DNA of 64,000 nt from the human T2T-CHM13v2.0 reference genome, Homo sapiens, in the NCBI RefSeq assembly GCF_009914755.1, contig NC_060932.1, one strand, 5' to 3'. Shown one piece after another: positions 44,825 to 60,699 of this stretch. The notes under the pieces were generated by a model. The model was not told where the DNA came from and searched no databases. It saw nothing but the letters and a program-made list of their open reading frames with translations. Every line of letters begins with the position of its first letter. Position 1 is the first letter of the stretch. Position numbers and translations under genes: made by a program.

Positions 44825-46444
44825 GTGGGGTCCTCAAGGAAAGGAATGAAAGAGACAATCCAGCTTTGCATTTAGCACTGATGCAATGGCCTGTGAAACC
44901 AGACGTGACAAACGTGGCAAGTAGAAGTGTCACAGACATAAATTTGAGCATTTCTCAGATTTTTCTTTGCCTGGAGTTTGATCTCAATAGTCATTCAATT
45001 TGTCCCTTAGGACAAATTTATTTTCTCTCTTTCTTCTCTCCTCATTCTCCTCCATCACCATTATCATCATCATTGTCACTGTCATAATCAACATCCAAAG
45101 TGTATGGAGTGCCTGCACTCACGTGGCTCTGTACCAAGAAGGAATTTGGAATTCATGGAGGAAAATGGATCTGTCCCTTGCTGTAAGTGGCTTAATTCCA
45201 GTTTAAGAGACAGAACATACATAAAAAGATAAATAAGTATAAATCAACTAGGAACTCGATAACTAAGTGCTAAATACAGGAGGATATGAATCTTGGATTC
45301 CAAAAAAAGGAGTGATTTTCGGGCTGGACAGGGTCTGGAAAAGCTTCAAGGAGGTCGAGGTTCTTGAGCAGGGCCTGAGAAAAGAGTGTGGCTGACGCAA
45401 GTGTGACAAGGAGAGAGTATGGCAGGAATATAGAACACCCAGAGGGAAGTGGGAAGTGCAAATGTGTGTGCAGGGACAGCGAGTCATGGCTGGGTGGGCA
45501 CCCGTGCCATGGAACAGCTTGATGCCTGGAGAGCAACTCCCAGAAACAGCTTTTGGCCCAGATTGCTAATTAGAATTTTTTACTGTGTGTGAAATTTCCA
45601 GGATCAGCATGGAGTGTCATCTGCGTCTCCTGCAGGTGTCTCCTCCCAAACACGGCTTCCTAAACCTGTCTTGCCAGTCAAGCCCCACAGCTGCTCTGCC
45701 GAGTTATACAGGCTTCCTCTAAAAAGCTGTTCTCCTGGACTTGCATGTGCTTAAAGGGAAGAAAAGCAAGGAAAGCGAAACCCTCCACTTGTTTCCAGGT
45801 TCTGAGCGAATCTTGTTTTTATACTATTTGTCCTGTTATCTGGATCCACAGCACTGGTGTGTCTTAGACGATAAGGAAAGCAGGGACTACTCCAGTAGTT
45901 CTCTCTGCAGGGCCCTGCTGTGTGCTGTGGCCTCTCTGGGTTCTTCACGAGTGCCTTGGGGTTGTGATGAAAACTACATGTGTAATGAGGCAGAGTAAGC
46001 TTTGCCTCCTGTCAACCAATAGGGCACCCCCTAGCAATTCCCCCCCAAACACACACACCGCCCTGAAATTCCCCAAGGCCCTCATTTGGGTGCTCCTGGG
46101 GGCAGGGAGGGTTATGAAGAGAGGCATACACTGTGCAAAGCAGCACGTGCTCCAGGTCTGGTTCTGCCACCAACTAGCTGGGTGACCTTGGGCAAGTTCC
46201 TGTATCTCCCTGGGCCTCATCTGTGAAATGAGAGGCTTGGACTATATCATTCCAAATGTTTCCAACTCTGAAGTATGAGTCTAGAACTTTTATCTTCTTC
46301 ACATTATAGCAGATTTTTTTTTTTTTTAACCCCTGGCTACTTAGGGGAAGAGAGAATGGCTCTAGAAGGTACTAATCCGTCTTCCTACAACATCTTGGGA
46401 TATCTGGTAGTCGCTAGTCAAAGAGGGTTAGTTTTCCCCCCCCA

Positions 46445-46609
46445 ATTTTTCCTTCTTTTTTCTCCTTCTTTCTTTCTCTCCTTCCTTTCTTCCTTCCTTC
46501 CTTCCTCTCTCATTCTCCTCTTCCCTCCCCCTCCCTCTCTCTTTCTCTCTTTCTTCCTCTCCTCTGCGCTCTCCCTTTTCCCCTCTCCCCTCTCCTCTCC
46601 TCTCCTTTT
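46445..46609. repeat. CT-rich low-complexity tract (probable decayed tail of the Alu at 47870)
   Basis: Polypyrimidine tract that becomes continuous with the Alu once the L1 is removed. Confidence 0.75.
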
Positions 46610-48060
<1,451 letters not shown>

Positions 48061-48063
48061 TAA

Positions 48064-48375
<312 letters not shown>

Positions 48376-48495
48376 CATATATATTTTTATGGGAACTTTA
48401 GAGAGATGGAATATTTAAAGAACTTTACATGTAAGAGGACTAAGATTCAAATAATGTTGCCACAGTTTAGTAGCTCCATGATCTTGGCTGGGTTA

Positions 48496-48712
<217 letters not shown>

Positions 48713-49282
48713 TGTAGTATGTGTATAGTGGTTAGCTGTGGAACACTGCATTCAGGCAGATCTGGGTTTCAATTCGGGCTCTGTTTCTGACCATCTGTTT
48801 GGCTTTGGGCAACTTATTTTACTTCCCAATCCTCAGTTTACTCCTTTTTACAGGAATAATAATAGTTCCTGCTTTGTAGGGTGATTGATTAATGAGGATT
48901 CCAGGAGACAAGGAATTAAAAGTGCCTGATACAGAGTAAACATTCAATACATTTAGTCATGATGAAAAACAAATAAATATCAAATGTCATGCTTCCCTAT
49001 CCATTCTCCTCCAAAGACAGCAGTAGCAGAAACTCTCCTGATGAAGGGAGAGACTGAATCACGTAGCTAGAGAGCAAGCTTGAGGAGGGCAGGACCACCT
49101 TTGCCTGGTTTATCCTGTAGCCCCAACACCTAGCACAGTGTCCAGCACATAGAGCACTAGGAAGAAATCCTTTACAATGGTGCAAACAAGACAGAGATGC
49201 TCATAAATCATTCTACCTTTACAAGATATGCTTACGTTTCAGGTTTTCAGATTTGTTCCATTGCTGCCTTAATAGCTCCACC

Positions 49283-50175
<893 letters not shown>

Positions 50176-50224
50176 CACCCAGGAGGACATTCAGAAATGT
50201 CCAAATCTCCTCTTAAGTCTAGAC

Positions 50225-50536
50225 CAGCGTTGTCCAATAGAAATGTAACTCAAGCCATATATAGAATTTTAAATGTTTTAGTAGCCACGTTAAGAAGGCA
50301 AAAAGAAACAGGTGAAATTAATTTCAATGTTGGATTTTATTTAACCCACCATACCCAGAATATCATTTCAACATGTAATCGATATAAAAACTATTAATAA
50401 AATACCTTATATTTTTTGTACTCATTTTGAAATCTAGTGTGTATATCATACTTGGAGCACATCTCAATCCAGATCAGCACATTTCAAGTGCTCAATAGCC
50501 ACATGTGTCTAGTGGCTGCTCTATTGGAAAGCACAG
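50225..50536. mobile_element. MER33-like hAT-Charlie element
   Basis: cagcgttgtccaatag...ctattggaaagcacag; 8-bp TSD-like gtctagac/ctccagac. Confidence 0.8.
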
Positions 50537-52802
50537 CTCCAGACCAAGAGAGCAAGATCAAGCCTGTCCTTTCACCCACCCAAGCCACCCTTCAGCTCAC
50601 TTCCTGTCTGAGAACACCCTTCTTTCCCAGGTGACTGCTCTGCAGAATGGCTTCCAGCTTCTTGGAAGACATGCCTACCACCCATACACATGGGTGTGCC
50701 TTACTTTACACATCTCACCAGAAAAACCACATCAGAATGCAACACCATAACCTCTTCATTCATTCCATAAGGTAATACACACAACAGGTAATTAACATTT
50801 CCAAGCACTTCCAGGCTTGTCATTTGAGGCAGGCAACTATCACCCTTCTCTTTTCCCCACATGCTTTTGTAGAGCTTCATCCACTGTAATCTTGCCTGTA
50901 TTCAGTCCTCTCTGATAATTCATTTATTCATTGAATTTGTTGAGTGTCTACTGTGTGTTATGGAGTTAAAAATACAATAACGAGCAGGAAGGATGTAATC
51001 CCTGCCCTGGGGAACCTCAAACTCAAGTTGGTTGGGAGGAAGAGTGAGCAGAATTTTATAACATAGAGTAATGGGGGAAATAAATCCTACGGGTTCTGGA
51101 ACCTCATAGGAAGGTAACTAACCTAACCCAGGAGGAGTGTGTGTGTGCACTTGCACATAGATATGTGTTTGTGCACATGCATGCATGTGTGTGTATAAGG
51201 AGGCACTCAGAGAAGCCACATCTAAAGTGAGACCTGAGTGGAAGTTGGGGTGTGGGTTGTGAGGTGTGGGATGGGAAAAGAGAGAGAATTCCAGGTGAGG
51301 ATAGAGTGTGCACATGTTCCAGAAGGGCAAAGATCAAGTAGGGGGCCTGCCAATCACTCCATCTAGCTGGAGTCCAGGAAGAGGAAATCTGTGGCTTAGG
51401 GGAGACATAGGGGTGAAAAGCGATAATCACAGTCAATAGTTTAGGCTTCATTTAAATTCTGTAATAAAGGTTCTGGGAACGCAGCTCTGGTTCTGATTTC
51501 TCACCTGCATTCATATTCTGCACTTCCAGCTGTGTATGGAGCATCTCCATGTTTCACTCCGACACATGTTCAAAATCACTCAGCACCTTCACTCCACTAC
51601 TAAATATTCCAAACTGGTTATCTGTCCTAATCTCTCTGTCTCTAATAATAAGATAAGCATAGTTCCAGTCTCCTACCTAGACTAAAACATCTTTCGTCTC
51701 TCTCATATCTTCATTCCATGTAGCCAAGTTGTCACTAAATCTTGCTAATTTTTTGACTGAGTATCTGAAGGCTTTTGGTTCAGGCACTTTCTGGCTTCCC
51801 TGAAGATAATTCATCATTCAGTTTTCTATAATAGCTTTAAATTTTCACCAGGCCTATCTAAATTCCAAGCGCTATAATTTGTACTCCTTTGAGATATCAG
51901 TTTGGAACAAACCAGCAGCTTAAAAAATCGCATCAGATTATACAGTAGAAAAATAATTTCAGCAGTCCAGAAAAGCCCCAAGTAATTTTTATTGGAAAAA
52001 AATTCTTAATGTTGTATTTATGCTTAGATTCTGCCATTTTCTTATGTACAATAAAGTTCATCCGCCTTCCTCCTGGAGTCATAAAGTTTTATTATCTGCA
52101 TAGAGAAACCATAAACAGGTATTTTTATTTGTCTAATTGTGTCCCTCCTTTTATATACAAGCCCTTCCCCGGATACATTACCTGCACATTCACTCACCCT
52201 AAAAAAAAGTTCAACATTGTTTGAACTTGTCCTTGATTACTGAATATCTTACTTCATATTGGTTTGGCAATTCATTATAACCACACCCTGAAAACTGGAC
52301 ATGGAAAATTTAAAACACAAGAACCAGATTGCATTGTATGTCTCAGGAATAAATGAGAAGAGAAATGATAATTTCCCCCAGTTGTATTTTGTCATATTTT
52401 AAACAAAATGTCCACTGGCTGGAAATTCCATTTCAAGCAGTAAGTATTTATTGAAATTTACTGACGATGTCCAGCATGCAATTACATGTTAGAAGTATGG
52501 TGACCATGTTTCCTAAAATTAAAAATCAGGACACATGATGTGACAGTAAACAGAGCACCTGAAAACACTCCTGTCCCAGAAAATGTGAGTTATGTAATTG
52601 CAATCGCTACAGGAAATGCAAGAGAAACATTGTTCCTCAAGCTTACAACTTATTGGAAACATAAGCATAACACACATTCATTGACTTTGCCACTGAATGA
52701 AGAGTAAGTGAACACTAGCAAAGGAGGCACTTTGTTAGCTGGCAGGATTACAGCAATGAGAAAATAGTCACCTTAAATACTTTCTCAAACAAGGTAGGCT
52801 CT

Positions 52803-53164
52803 TGTGATGGCCAATTTTATGTGTCAGCTTGTCTAGGCTATGGTGCCCAGTTGTTTGTCAAATACCAGCCTAGACATTGCTGTGAAGGTATTTATTTAAT
52901 TTTTTTAGAATGGATTAACATTTCAATCAGTAGACTTTGAGTGAAGCAAATTACCCTCCATAATGTGGGTAGGCCATATCCCATCAGTTGAAGGCCTTAA
53001 GAGCAAAGATTGAGGTTTCCCCCAGCAGGAGGGCATTCTGCCTCATTCTGCCTTCAAACCCAAGACTGCAACATCAGCTCTGGCCAGAATTTCAGCTTGC
53101 CCTGCAAATTTTGGACTTAACAGGCCCACAGTCACATGATCCAATTCCCTAAAATCACCCTCCT

Positions 53165-53199
<35 letters not shown>

Positions 53200-53245
53200 A
53201 CACACATCCTATTGGTTCTGTTTCTTTGGATAATTCTAATATGGT
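52803..53245 (+). mobile_element. MLT2-type (ERVL) solo LTR with internal (CT)n(GT)n
   Basis: tgtgatggccaattttatgtgtcagcttg ... cctattggttctgtttct. Confidence 0.8.
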
Positions 53246-53289
53246 TCTTATAAGAATTGTTACTTATTTTTAATGCCTGATATAATTGA

Positions 53290-53769
<480 letters not shown>

Positions 53770-54991
53770 TGAAACAAAATTGTCTGAATTTTAAATGGAA
53801 TGAGAAATGAGGGAATGCAGGGAGCCTGAGGAAAGCTAACAAGGTCTCAAAAGAGGGAGACAACAGGGACAAAGGCACAGAGAAGGCAACTTTGACCTTC
53901 CGATTACAAAATTTGGGGAAAACGAACTGCATGGATAATAGGGCCTGTGCCTGTGAGTATGTTTCCAGCAGAAAGAAACTATAGAAAGAAAAGAGGACAG
54001 CAGAGCAAAATTGGTCAAAGCAATTGAGGATAATAATCAAAATTATTTGGAGGTGAAAAAGGAGCAAAGAATGTAGTTTAAGAGGCAGAATTGTGAGTTC
54101 AGCACTAAATTAAAGTTTGGGTGCTTTCAAGCTTCTATAAACGATTCCAGTGAAAAATGGTACAGGTTGATCTGTTCCACAAAGAAAGGTGAATGCTAGA
54201 GAATTCTCTCGTAGCAAGAGAATTCTGGATGGAATACTAAGAACATAGCAGGCCCACTTCTCTGAACTAGCAATAAAAAACCCTTGGAAGGGGGAAATAG
54301 GAATAATTAGACATAATTAGGTTGTCAGCTCGTATATCATTATGTCTTGCCTCTCAGGGATGTTTCACAGATTAATTAGTTAATGTTTGTAAAATAAGCT
54401 CCAAGTGCCATGTATCATTGGCATAGAATTTGATTTTCAGTGTGATGAATGTAATTAAGTCATGTTGCTTTCATACGGCCTTCACTGCAGGATGATGCCT
54501 GCTCCGGAATGTTCTGGGGGCATGGGTGCATGGGCTTGTGCACTGACATTTCAAGAACAGCTCTTGATGGTAGGCATTTTGCATCATGTGTGTTACACTT
54601 CTCAGGCTGGATGACATATTTGAAGTGTCAGATTAGAATTGTGTTCTCTATTGATGAATAAAGGTTACGTTTGTACATTACATCCATCTTGACAGTATAG
54701 TAACTAAAACTGAACATTTTAAAATCAAGATCAGCAGGGGAGAAAACACTGAGGGTCCTTTTTGGGCCCTGGGTCATTCTTGCCTACTATATGACATATG
54801 CGTTAAATAGTCTTTAGTTAAGAAATTCATTTTTTTTTAACCCAGAGAGGCTTCAAAAAAATCCCCAATCCATACCTGTTAGTAAGATTTTCTTAAACAG
54901 TACAATTGATTGTTGACTTACAGGTTCAACTATGTAGTTCATATTTTTAGATTTGGTGATTTTTTAGAAAGGAATCAAACCAAGGTCAAGG

Positions 54992-56366
54992 AAATGATTT
55001 TCAAACATTTTGGTCTCAGGACCCATGAATACTCTTTAAAAATTATTGAGGACTCCAAAGAGCTTTTGTTTACATGGGTTATATTAATAGCTAATGTTTA
55101 TTGTACTAGAAATTAAAGTTAAGAAAGATTTTAAGAATTTATTTCTTTATTAAAATAAGCCCTTTATATAATAATATAAATAAGATACTTTCAATGAAAA
55201 TATTAGTGAGAAGAGTGGCATCGTTTCACATTTTTATAAGTTGCTTTAATGTCTGGCTTAATAGAAAACAGCTGTGGTTCCATAGCTGCTTCTGCACCCA
55301 GTCTGAGATGATACATTGTTTTGGTTGAAGTAGATGAAGAAAGTTGGGCCTCACACAAACCTGTAACTGGAAAAGAGAAGAGTACTTTAACACCCTTTTT
55401 AGATAATTGTGGATATTTCTTTTAGATTTGACATCAACACTCAACAAGTGATAGTTTCTTCAAGGATGATCTCCTAAATCTGGTAGAATTGGTAGATTCT
55501 GAAACCGTATCAATGACTTTTTGTCCTTCATTGCATTAAAATCCGTTGGTCTCTCATGTATTGGCATTATGCATAGGTCATTTGGAAAACACTGATTCCC
55601 TGAGTAATGCAGGTCTTCTTGATGTTGACACATTTCATTATATGGTATCAAATAATCACTATGATAATATCACCACGGATTTTATCATAAATCCTTTAAA
55701 TATTGGTATGCTGTCAACTTTTTTAGAAGTTCTCATTTTTGCTTGAAAGCTGGAATTTTATTATTGGCAATAAGTACTTTCAGTTGTTTTGCTTGAAGTG
55801 ATAGTCTCATTTTGTTCATTTTAGGGAAAATGTCTGCCAAATCCTCACATCTGAATTACCATAGTTTGTTTTCGAGTAAAAATGGAATTCCATTAAAAAG
55901 CAACTAGTTCAGCTCACAACTCAAATAATCACACACATGATTTTACTTGAGTCAACCATTGTAATCGGTATGCATCAAAGTATTTATGAGAACTCATTTC
56001 CTCACACAGAATATTAAAACGGTATGTGCACAAGCGCCAACATTTAATACAATGAATACTTTTCACAGCTTTATCAAGGTCATTGTTAAATGAATCAGTG
56101 CTTTAAGAAAAATCTGTGAACACGTGGCAGTGACAATTCACAGACTGCCAGTACAATTTGGTGCCACTGCCTCAGGAATGATGAGTTCTACCCATTTTAC
56201 CCAGCAGTTTTACTCATTTTGCCATTGCTTTACCAATGCTAGTGTCAGCACAGTGAAAAAGCAAATAATAGCCCCACCTTATAATGAAAATAGTATTGAA
56301 CCTGTTGACTCCCTTGAAAAGGTCTTAGGGATGTCCAAGGATCCATGGACACTTTGAGAATCACTG
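54992..56366. mobile_element. Charlie1-family hAT transposon deletion derivative
   Basis: Ends ttttggtctcaggaccc...aattattgaggactccaaagagcttttgttt and cactttgagaatcactg. Confidence 0.75.
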
Positions 56367-56410
56367 GCATAAGAAATGCCCTGAAGGTAGGGCAGCGGAG
56401 AGAGGCAGGG

Positions 56411-56802
56411 TGATATGGTTTGGCTGTGTCCCCACTCAAACTCATCTTGAATTGTAATCCCCGTAATTCCTATAATCCCTACCATCTTGACCATCTGGTC
56501 AAGGGAAAGACCAGATGGAGGTAATTGAATCATGTGGGCAGTTTCCTCCATGCTGCTCTTGTGATAGTGAGTTCTCATGAGATCTGATGGTTTTGTATGT
56601 GTGGTAGTTCTTCCTGCATTCTTTTTCCTTCCTGCTGTCTTGTGCAGAAGGTGCCTTGCTTCCCCTTTGCCTTCCACCGTGATTGTAAGTTTCCTGAGGT
56701 CTCCTCAGTCATGCTGAACTGTGAGTCTTTCCTTTTTCTTTCCTTCATAAATTACCCAGTCTCAGGCAGTTCCTTATAGCAGTGTGAAAACGGACTAATA
56801 CA
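56411..56802 (+). mobile_element. THE1(D-like)/MST solo LTR
   Basis: tgatatggtttggctgtgtcccc...ggactaataca; perfect 5-bp TSD caggg at 56406-56410 and 56803-56807. Confidence 0.9.
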
Positions 56803-56924
56803 CAGGGTATCCTTTTAAAGAAGTGATTTCAGCTACAGGTAGAACAACGTAAGACAGTCTAATTTGATGAAATGTTTGGCTTTTTAATTTTAAGCAGCAG
56901 GAAGCCTGTTATACTGCCTTAAAT

Positions 56925-57215
56925 CAGTTTCTCATTTGGTTTGTAATACACAAGAAGAAACATTTCTTACATTAAGGCAGTATACACATACAGATATATT
57001 TACTGAAATAAAAGTTTCATGAAATAATACCCTTAAAATTTGTAATACATGCTAACATTTAAAAAATTTTTATTCTATTTCATTTAACAAAAATTTGTCA
57101 TGACCCACTAAATTGATTTCATAATTCACCAATGGGTTGGAAACCACAGATGGTAAAAAAAAAAAAAAAAAAAAAGAGGAAAAAAGAAAAAAAAAGAAAA
57201 AAAGAAAAAAAACTT
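56925..57215. mobile_element. Probable old hAT-Charlie MITE with an internal A-rich expansion
   Basis: gacccactaaattgatttc...caatgggttg signature; flanks ccttaaat/ctctaaat. Confidence 0.45.
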
Positions 57216-57254
57216 GCTCTAAATAAAGATGCTTTCATTTTGTAATGTATAAAC

Positions 57255-57457
57255 CATGGGTGTCCAATCTTTTGGCTTCCCTGAGACACATTAAGAATTG
57301 TCTTGGGCCACACAAAAAATACACTAGCACTAATGATAGCCAATGAGCTTAAAAAAAATCTCGTAATGTTTTAAGAAAGTTTACCAATTTGTGAGGTGCT
57401 GCATTCAAAGCCATCCTGGGCTGCATGTGGCCCGCAGGCCACGGTTTGATAAGCTTA
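57255..57457. mobile_element. MER30 (hAT-Charlie)
   Basis: gggtgtccaatcttttggcttccctg; TSD gtataaac/ctataaac. Confidence 0.85.
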
Positions 57458-57899
57458 CTATAAACCTCCTAAGGGCTGATTACCTTTGGTTTAAAACCAG
57501 AGGTAACCAGGACTCTTTAACAGTTGCCCATTCCGCCATTTCTTGATTCATTTTCAAATGATTTTAGGGTGTGGGTCAAATGAGAAATACTTAGTTTCAA
57601 GAATGTAATGTGTATATTATTATGTGAAATACATATTTGATTTTATTTTCTCTAGAAAGTCTACATGTTTACCCGGGGTTTTTAAAACCTGACACTTTTT
57701 CTTCAGCATTGTTGGATAAATATACACAATCAACCCTTACTAAGGAGGCTGTGTTGAGGCTGGTACCATAGTTATTATTACTCTCATTTAAAAACAAACA
57801 AAACAAAACAAAACAAACAAACAAACAAACAAAAACCACCTTAGTACTTTTTCAGGATCTAGGTTTATATCCTATTTGTTTTTTTCTTTTAATTTTTTT

Positions 57900-58056
57900 T
57901 AATCCCCCTCTCCCAGGCCCCAGTGTGTGTTGTTCCCCTCCCTGTGTCCGTGTGGTCTCATTGTTCACCTCACACTCATAAATGAGAACATGCAGTGTTT
58001 GGTTTTCTGTTCCTGTGTTAGTTTGCTGAGGATAATGGCCTCCATCTCCATCCATG
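57900..58056 (-). mobile_element. Short L1PA 3'UTR/ORF2-end fragment
   Basis: gagaacatgcagtgtttggttttctgttcctgtgttagtttgctgagg. Confidence 0.75.
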
Positions 58057-58413
58057 AGTTCTATTTGATACTGCCCTAATTTCCTACTCTGCCAATCCTT
58101 TGAGAATCATTACTCAGATCCAACTAATTGTAAAAATCAGAATAAAATGAGTGTCAATTTTGGTTTCCTGCTTTAAAGTTAAGTATTACTTTTTGTTGGT
58201 GATAATATTAGCAGAGAGGCAGTAAGAAAATAGAATATCTGAGATAAATGCATGTCTTCTTTTCCCTCTTGAGTGTTTGATCACTCCCTGCTTCTCTTAG
58301 TTGGCTCTCAGGATCTCTGTCTCTCTCCCCTTCTCTCTCTCCACACCCCCCATCTCTCCTACTATTTTTTTTTCAATCTCTTTTTAAAAAAAGCCTTGAT
58401 CCTTGCACCCCCT

Positions 58414-60699
58414 TGTATTAGTTCGTTTTCACACTGCTGATAAAGACATATCCGAGACTGGGCAATTTACAAAAGAAGAAGTGTAATGGAATTACAGTTC
58501 CATGTGGCTGGGGAGGCCTCACAATCATGGCAGAAGGTGAAAGGCACGTCTCACATGGTGGCAGACAAGAGATGAGCTTGTACAGGGAAACTTCCCTGTT
58601 ATAAAACCATCAGATCTCGTGAGCCTTATTCACTATCACAAGAATAGCATGGGAAAGCTCCACCCCCATGAGTCAATTACCTCCCACCAGGTCCCTCCCG
58701 CAACACATAGGAATTGTGGGAGCTACAATTCAAGATGAGATTTGGGTGGGGACACAGCCAAACCATATCATTTCACTGCGGCCCCTCCCAAGTCTCATAT
58801 CCTCACATTTCAAAACCAATCATGCCTTCCCAACAGTCCCCCAAAGTCTTAACTCATTTCAGCATTAACTCAAAAGTACACAGTCTAAAGTCTCATCTGG
58901 GTCAAGGTAAGTCCCTTCTGCCTATGAACCTGTAAAATCAAAAGCAAGTTAGTTACTTCCTAGATACAATGGGTGTACAGGCATTGGGTAAATATAGCCA
59001 TTCCGAATGGCAGAAATTGGCCACAACAAAGGGGCTACAGGCCCCATGCAAGTCCAAAATCCAGCAGGGCAGTCAAATCTTAAAGTGCCAAATCTCATTT
59101 GACTCCATGTCTCACATGCAGGTCATGCTGATGCAAAAGGTGGGTTCCCATGGTCTTGGGCAGCTCCACCCCTGTGGCTTTTCAGGGTACAGCCTCCCTC
59201 CCAGCTGCTTTCATGGGCTAGCATTGAGTGTCTATGGCTTTTCCAGGTGCACAGTACAAGCTGTCAGTGGATCTACCATTCTGGGGTCTAGAGGACGGTG
59301 GCCTTCTTCTCACAGCTCCACTACGTGGTCCACCAGTGAGGACTCTGTATCAGGGCTCCGATCCCATATTTCCCTTCTTCACTGCCCTAGCAGAGGTTCT
59401 CCATGAGGGCCCCACCCCTGTAGCAAACTTCTGCCTGGGCATCCAAGCATTTCCATACATCCTCTGAAATCTAGGTGGAGGTTCCCAAACCTCAGTTCTT
59501 GACTTCTGTGCACTCACAGGCTCAACACCACATGGAAGCTGCCAAGGCTTGGGGCTTCTGCCCTCTGAAGCTACAGCCCAAGCTCTATGTTGGCCCCTTT
59601 TAGCCATGGCTGGAGCGGCTGGGATGCAGGTCACCAAGTCCCTAGGTTGCAAATAGCACAAGGACCCTGGGCCCAGATCATGAAACCATTTTTCCCTTCT
59701 AGGCCTCCAGGCCTGTGATGGGAGGGGCTGCCGTGAAGACCTCTGACATGCCCTATAGACATTTCCCCACTGTCTTGGGGATTAACATTTGGCTCCTTGT
59801 TACTGTGCAAATTTCAGCAGCCAGCTTGAATTTCTCCTCAGAAAATGGGATTTCCTTTTCTATTGCATTATCAAGCTGCAAATTTTTTGAACTTTTATGT
59901 TCTGCTTCCCTTATAAAACTGAATGCCTTTAACAGCACCCAAGTCACCTCTTGAATGCTTTGCTGCTTAGAAATTTCTTCTGCCAGATACCCTAAATCAC
60001 CTCTATCAAGTTCAAAGTTTCACAAATCCCTAGGGCAGGGGCAAAATGCCACCAGTCTCTTTGCTAAAACATAGCAAGAGTCACCTTTGCTCCAGTTCCC
60101 AACAAGTTCCTCATTTCTATCTAAGACTACCTCAGCCTGGACTGTATTGTCCCGTATTGCTATCAGCATTTTGGGTAAAGCCATTCAACAATTCTCTAGG
60201 AAGTTCCAAACTTTCCCACATTTTCCTATCTTCTGAGCCCTCCAAACTGTTCCAACCTCTCTGCCTGTTACCCAGTTCCAAAGTCACTTCCACGTTTTTG
60301 GGTATCTTTTCAGTAGCACCCCACTCCCAGTACCAACTTACTGTATTATTCCTTTTTCATGCTGCTGATAAAGACATACTCAAGACTGGGCAATTTACAA
60401 AAGAAAGAGAGGTTTAATAGACTTACAGTTCCATGTGGCTTGAGAGGTCTCACAATCATGGCAGAAGGTGAAAGGATGTCTCACGTGGTGGCAGTCAAGA
60501 GAAGAGTTTGTGCAGGAAAACTTCCCTTTAAAAAACCATCAGATCTCATGAGACTTATTCACTATTATGAGAATGTCATGGGAAAGCCCTGCCCCCATGA
60601 TTCAGTGATCTCCCACTGGGTCCCTCCCATAACACGTAGGAATTGTGGGAACTACAATTCAAGATGAGATTTGGGTGAGGACACATCCAAACCACATCA
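58414..60699 (-). mobile_element. Complete THE1(A/B-like) MaLR provirus: 5'LTR 60342-60699, internal 58771-60341, 3'LTR 58414-58770
   Basis: Two ~357-bp LTRs, ~1.57-kb internal region, polypurine tract before the 3'LTR; 5-bp TSD cccct at 58409-58413 and 60700-60704. Confidence 0.93.

Noticed and set aside
58969-59661. ORFs within the THE1 internal region
   Set aside because: Fragmented MaLR internal sequence; no intact gag/pol recognisable.
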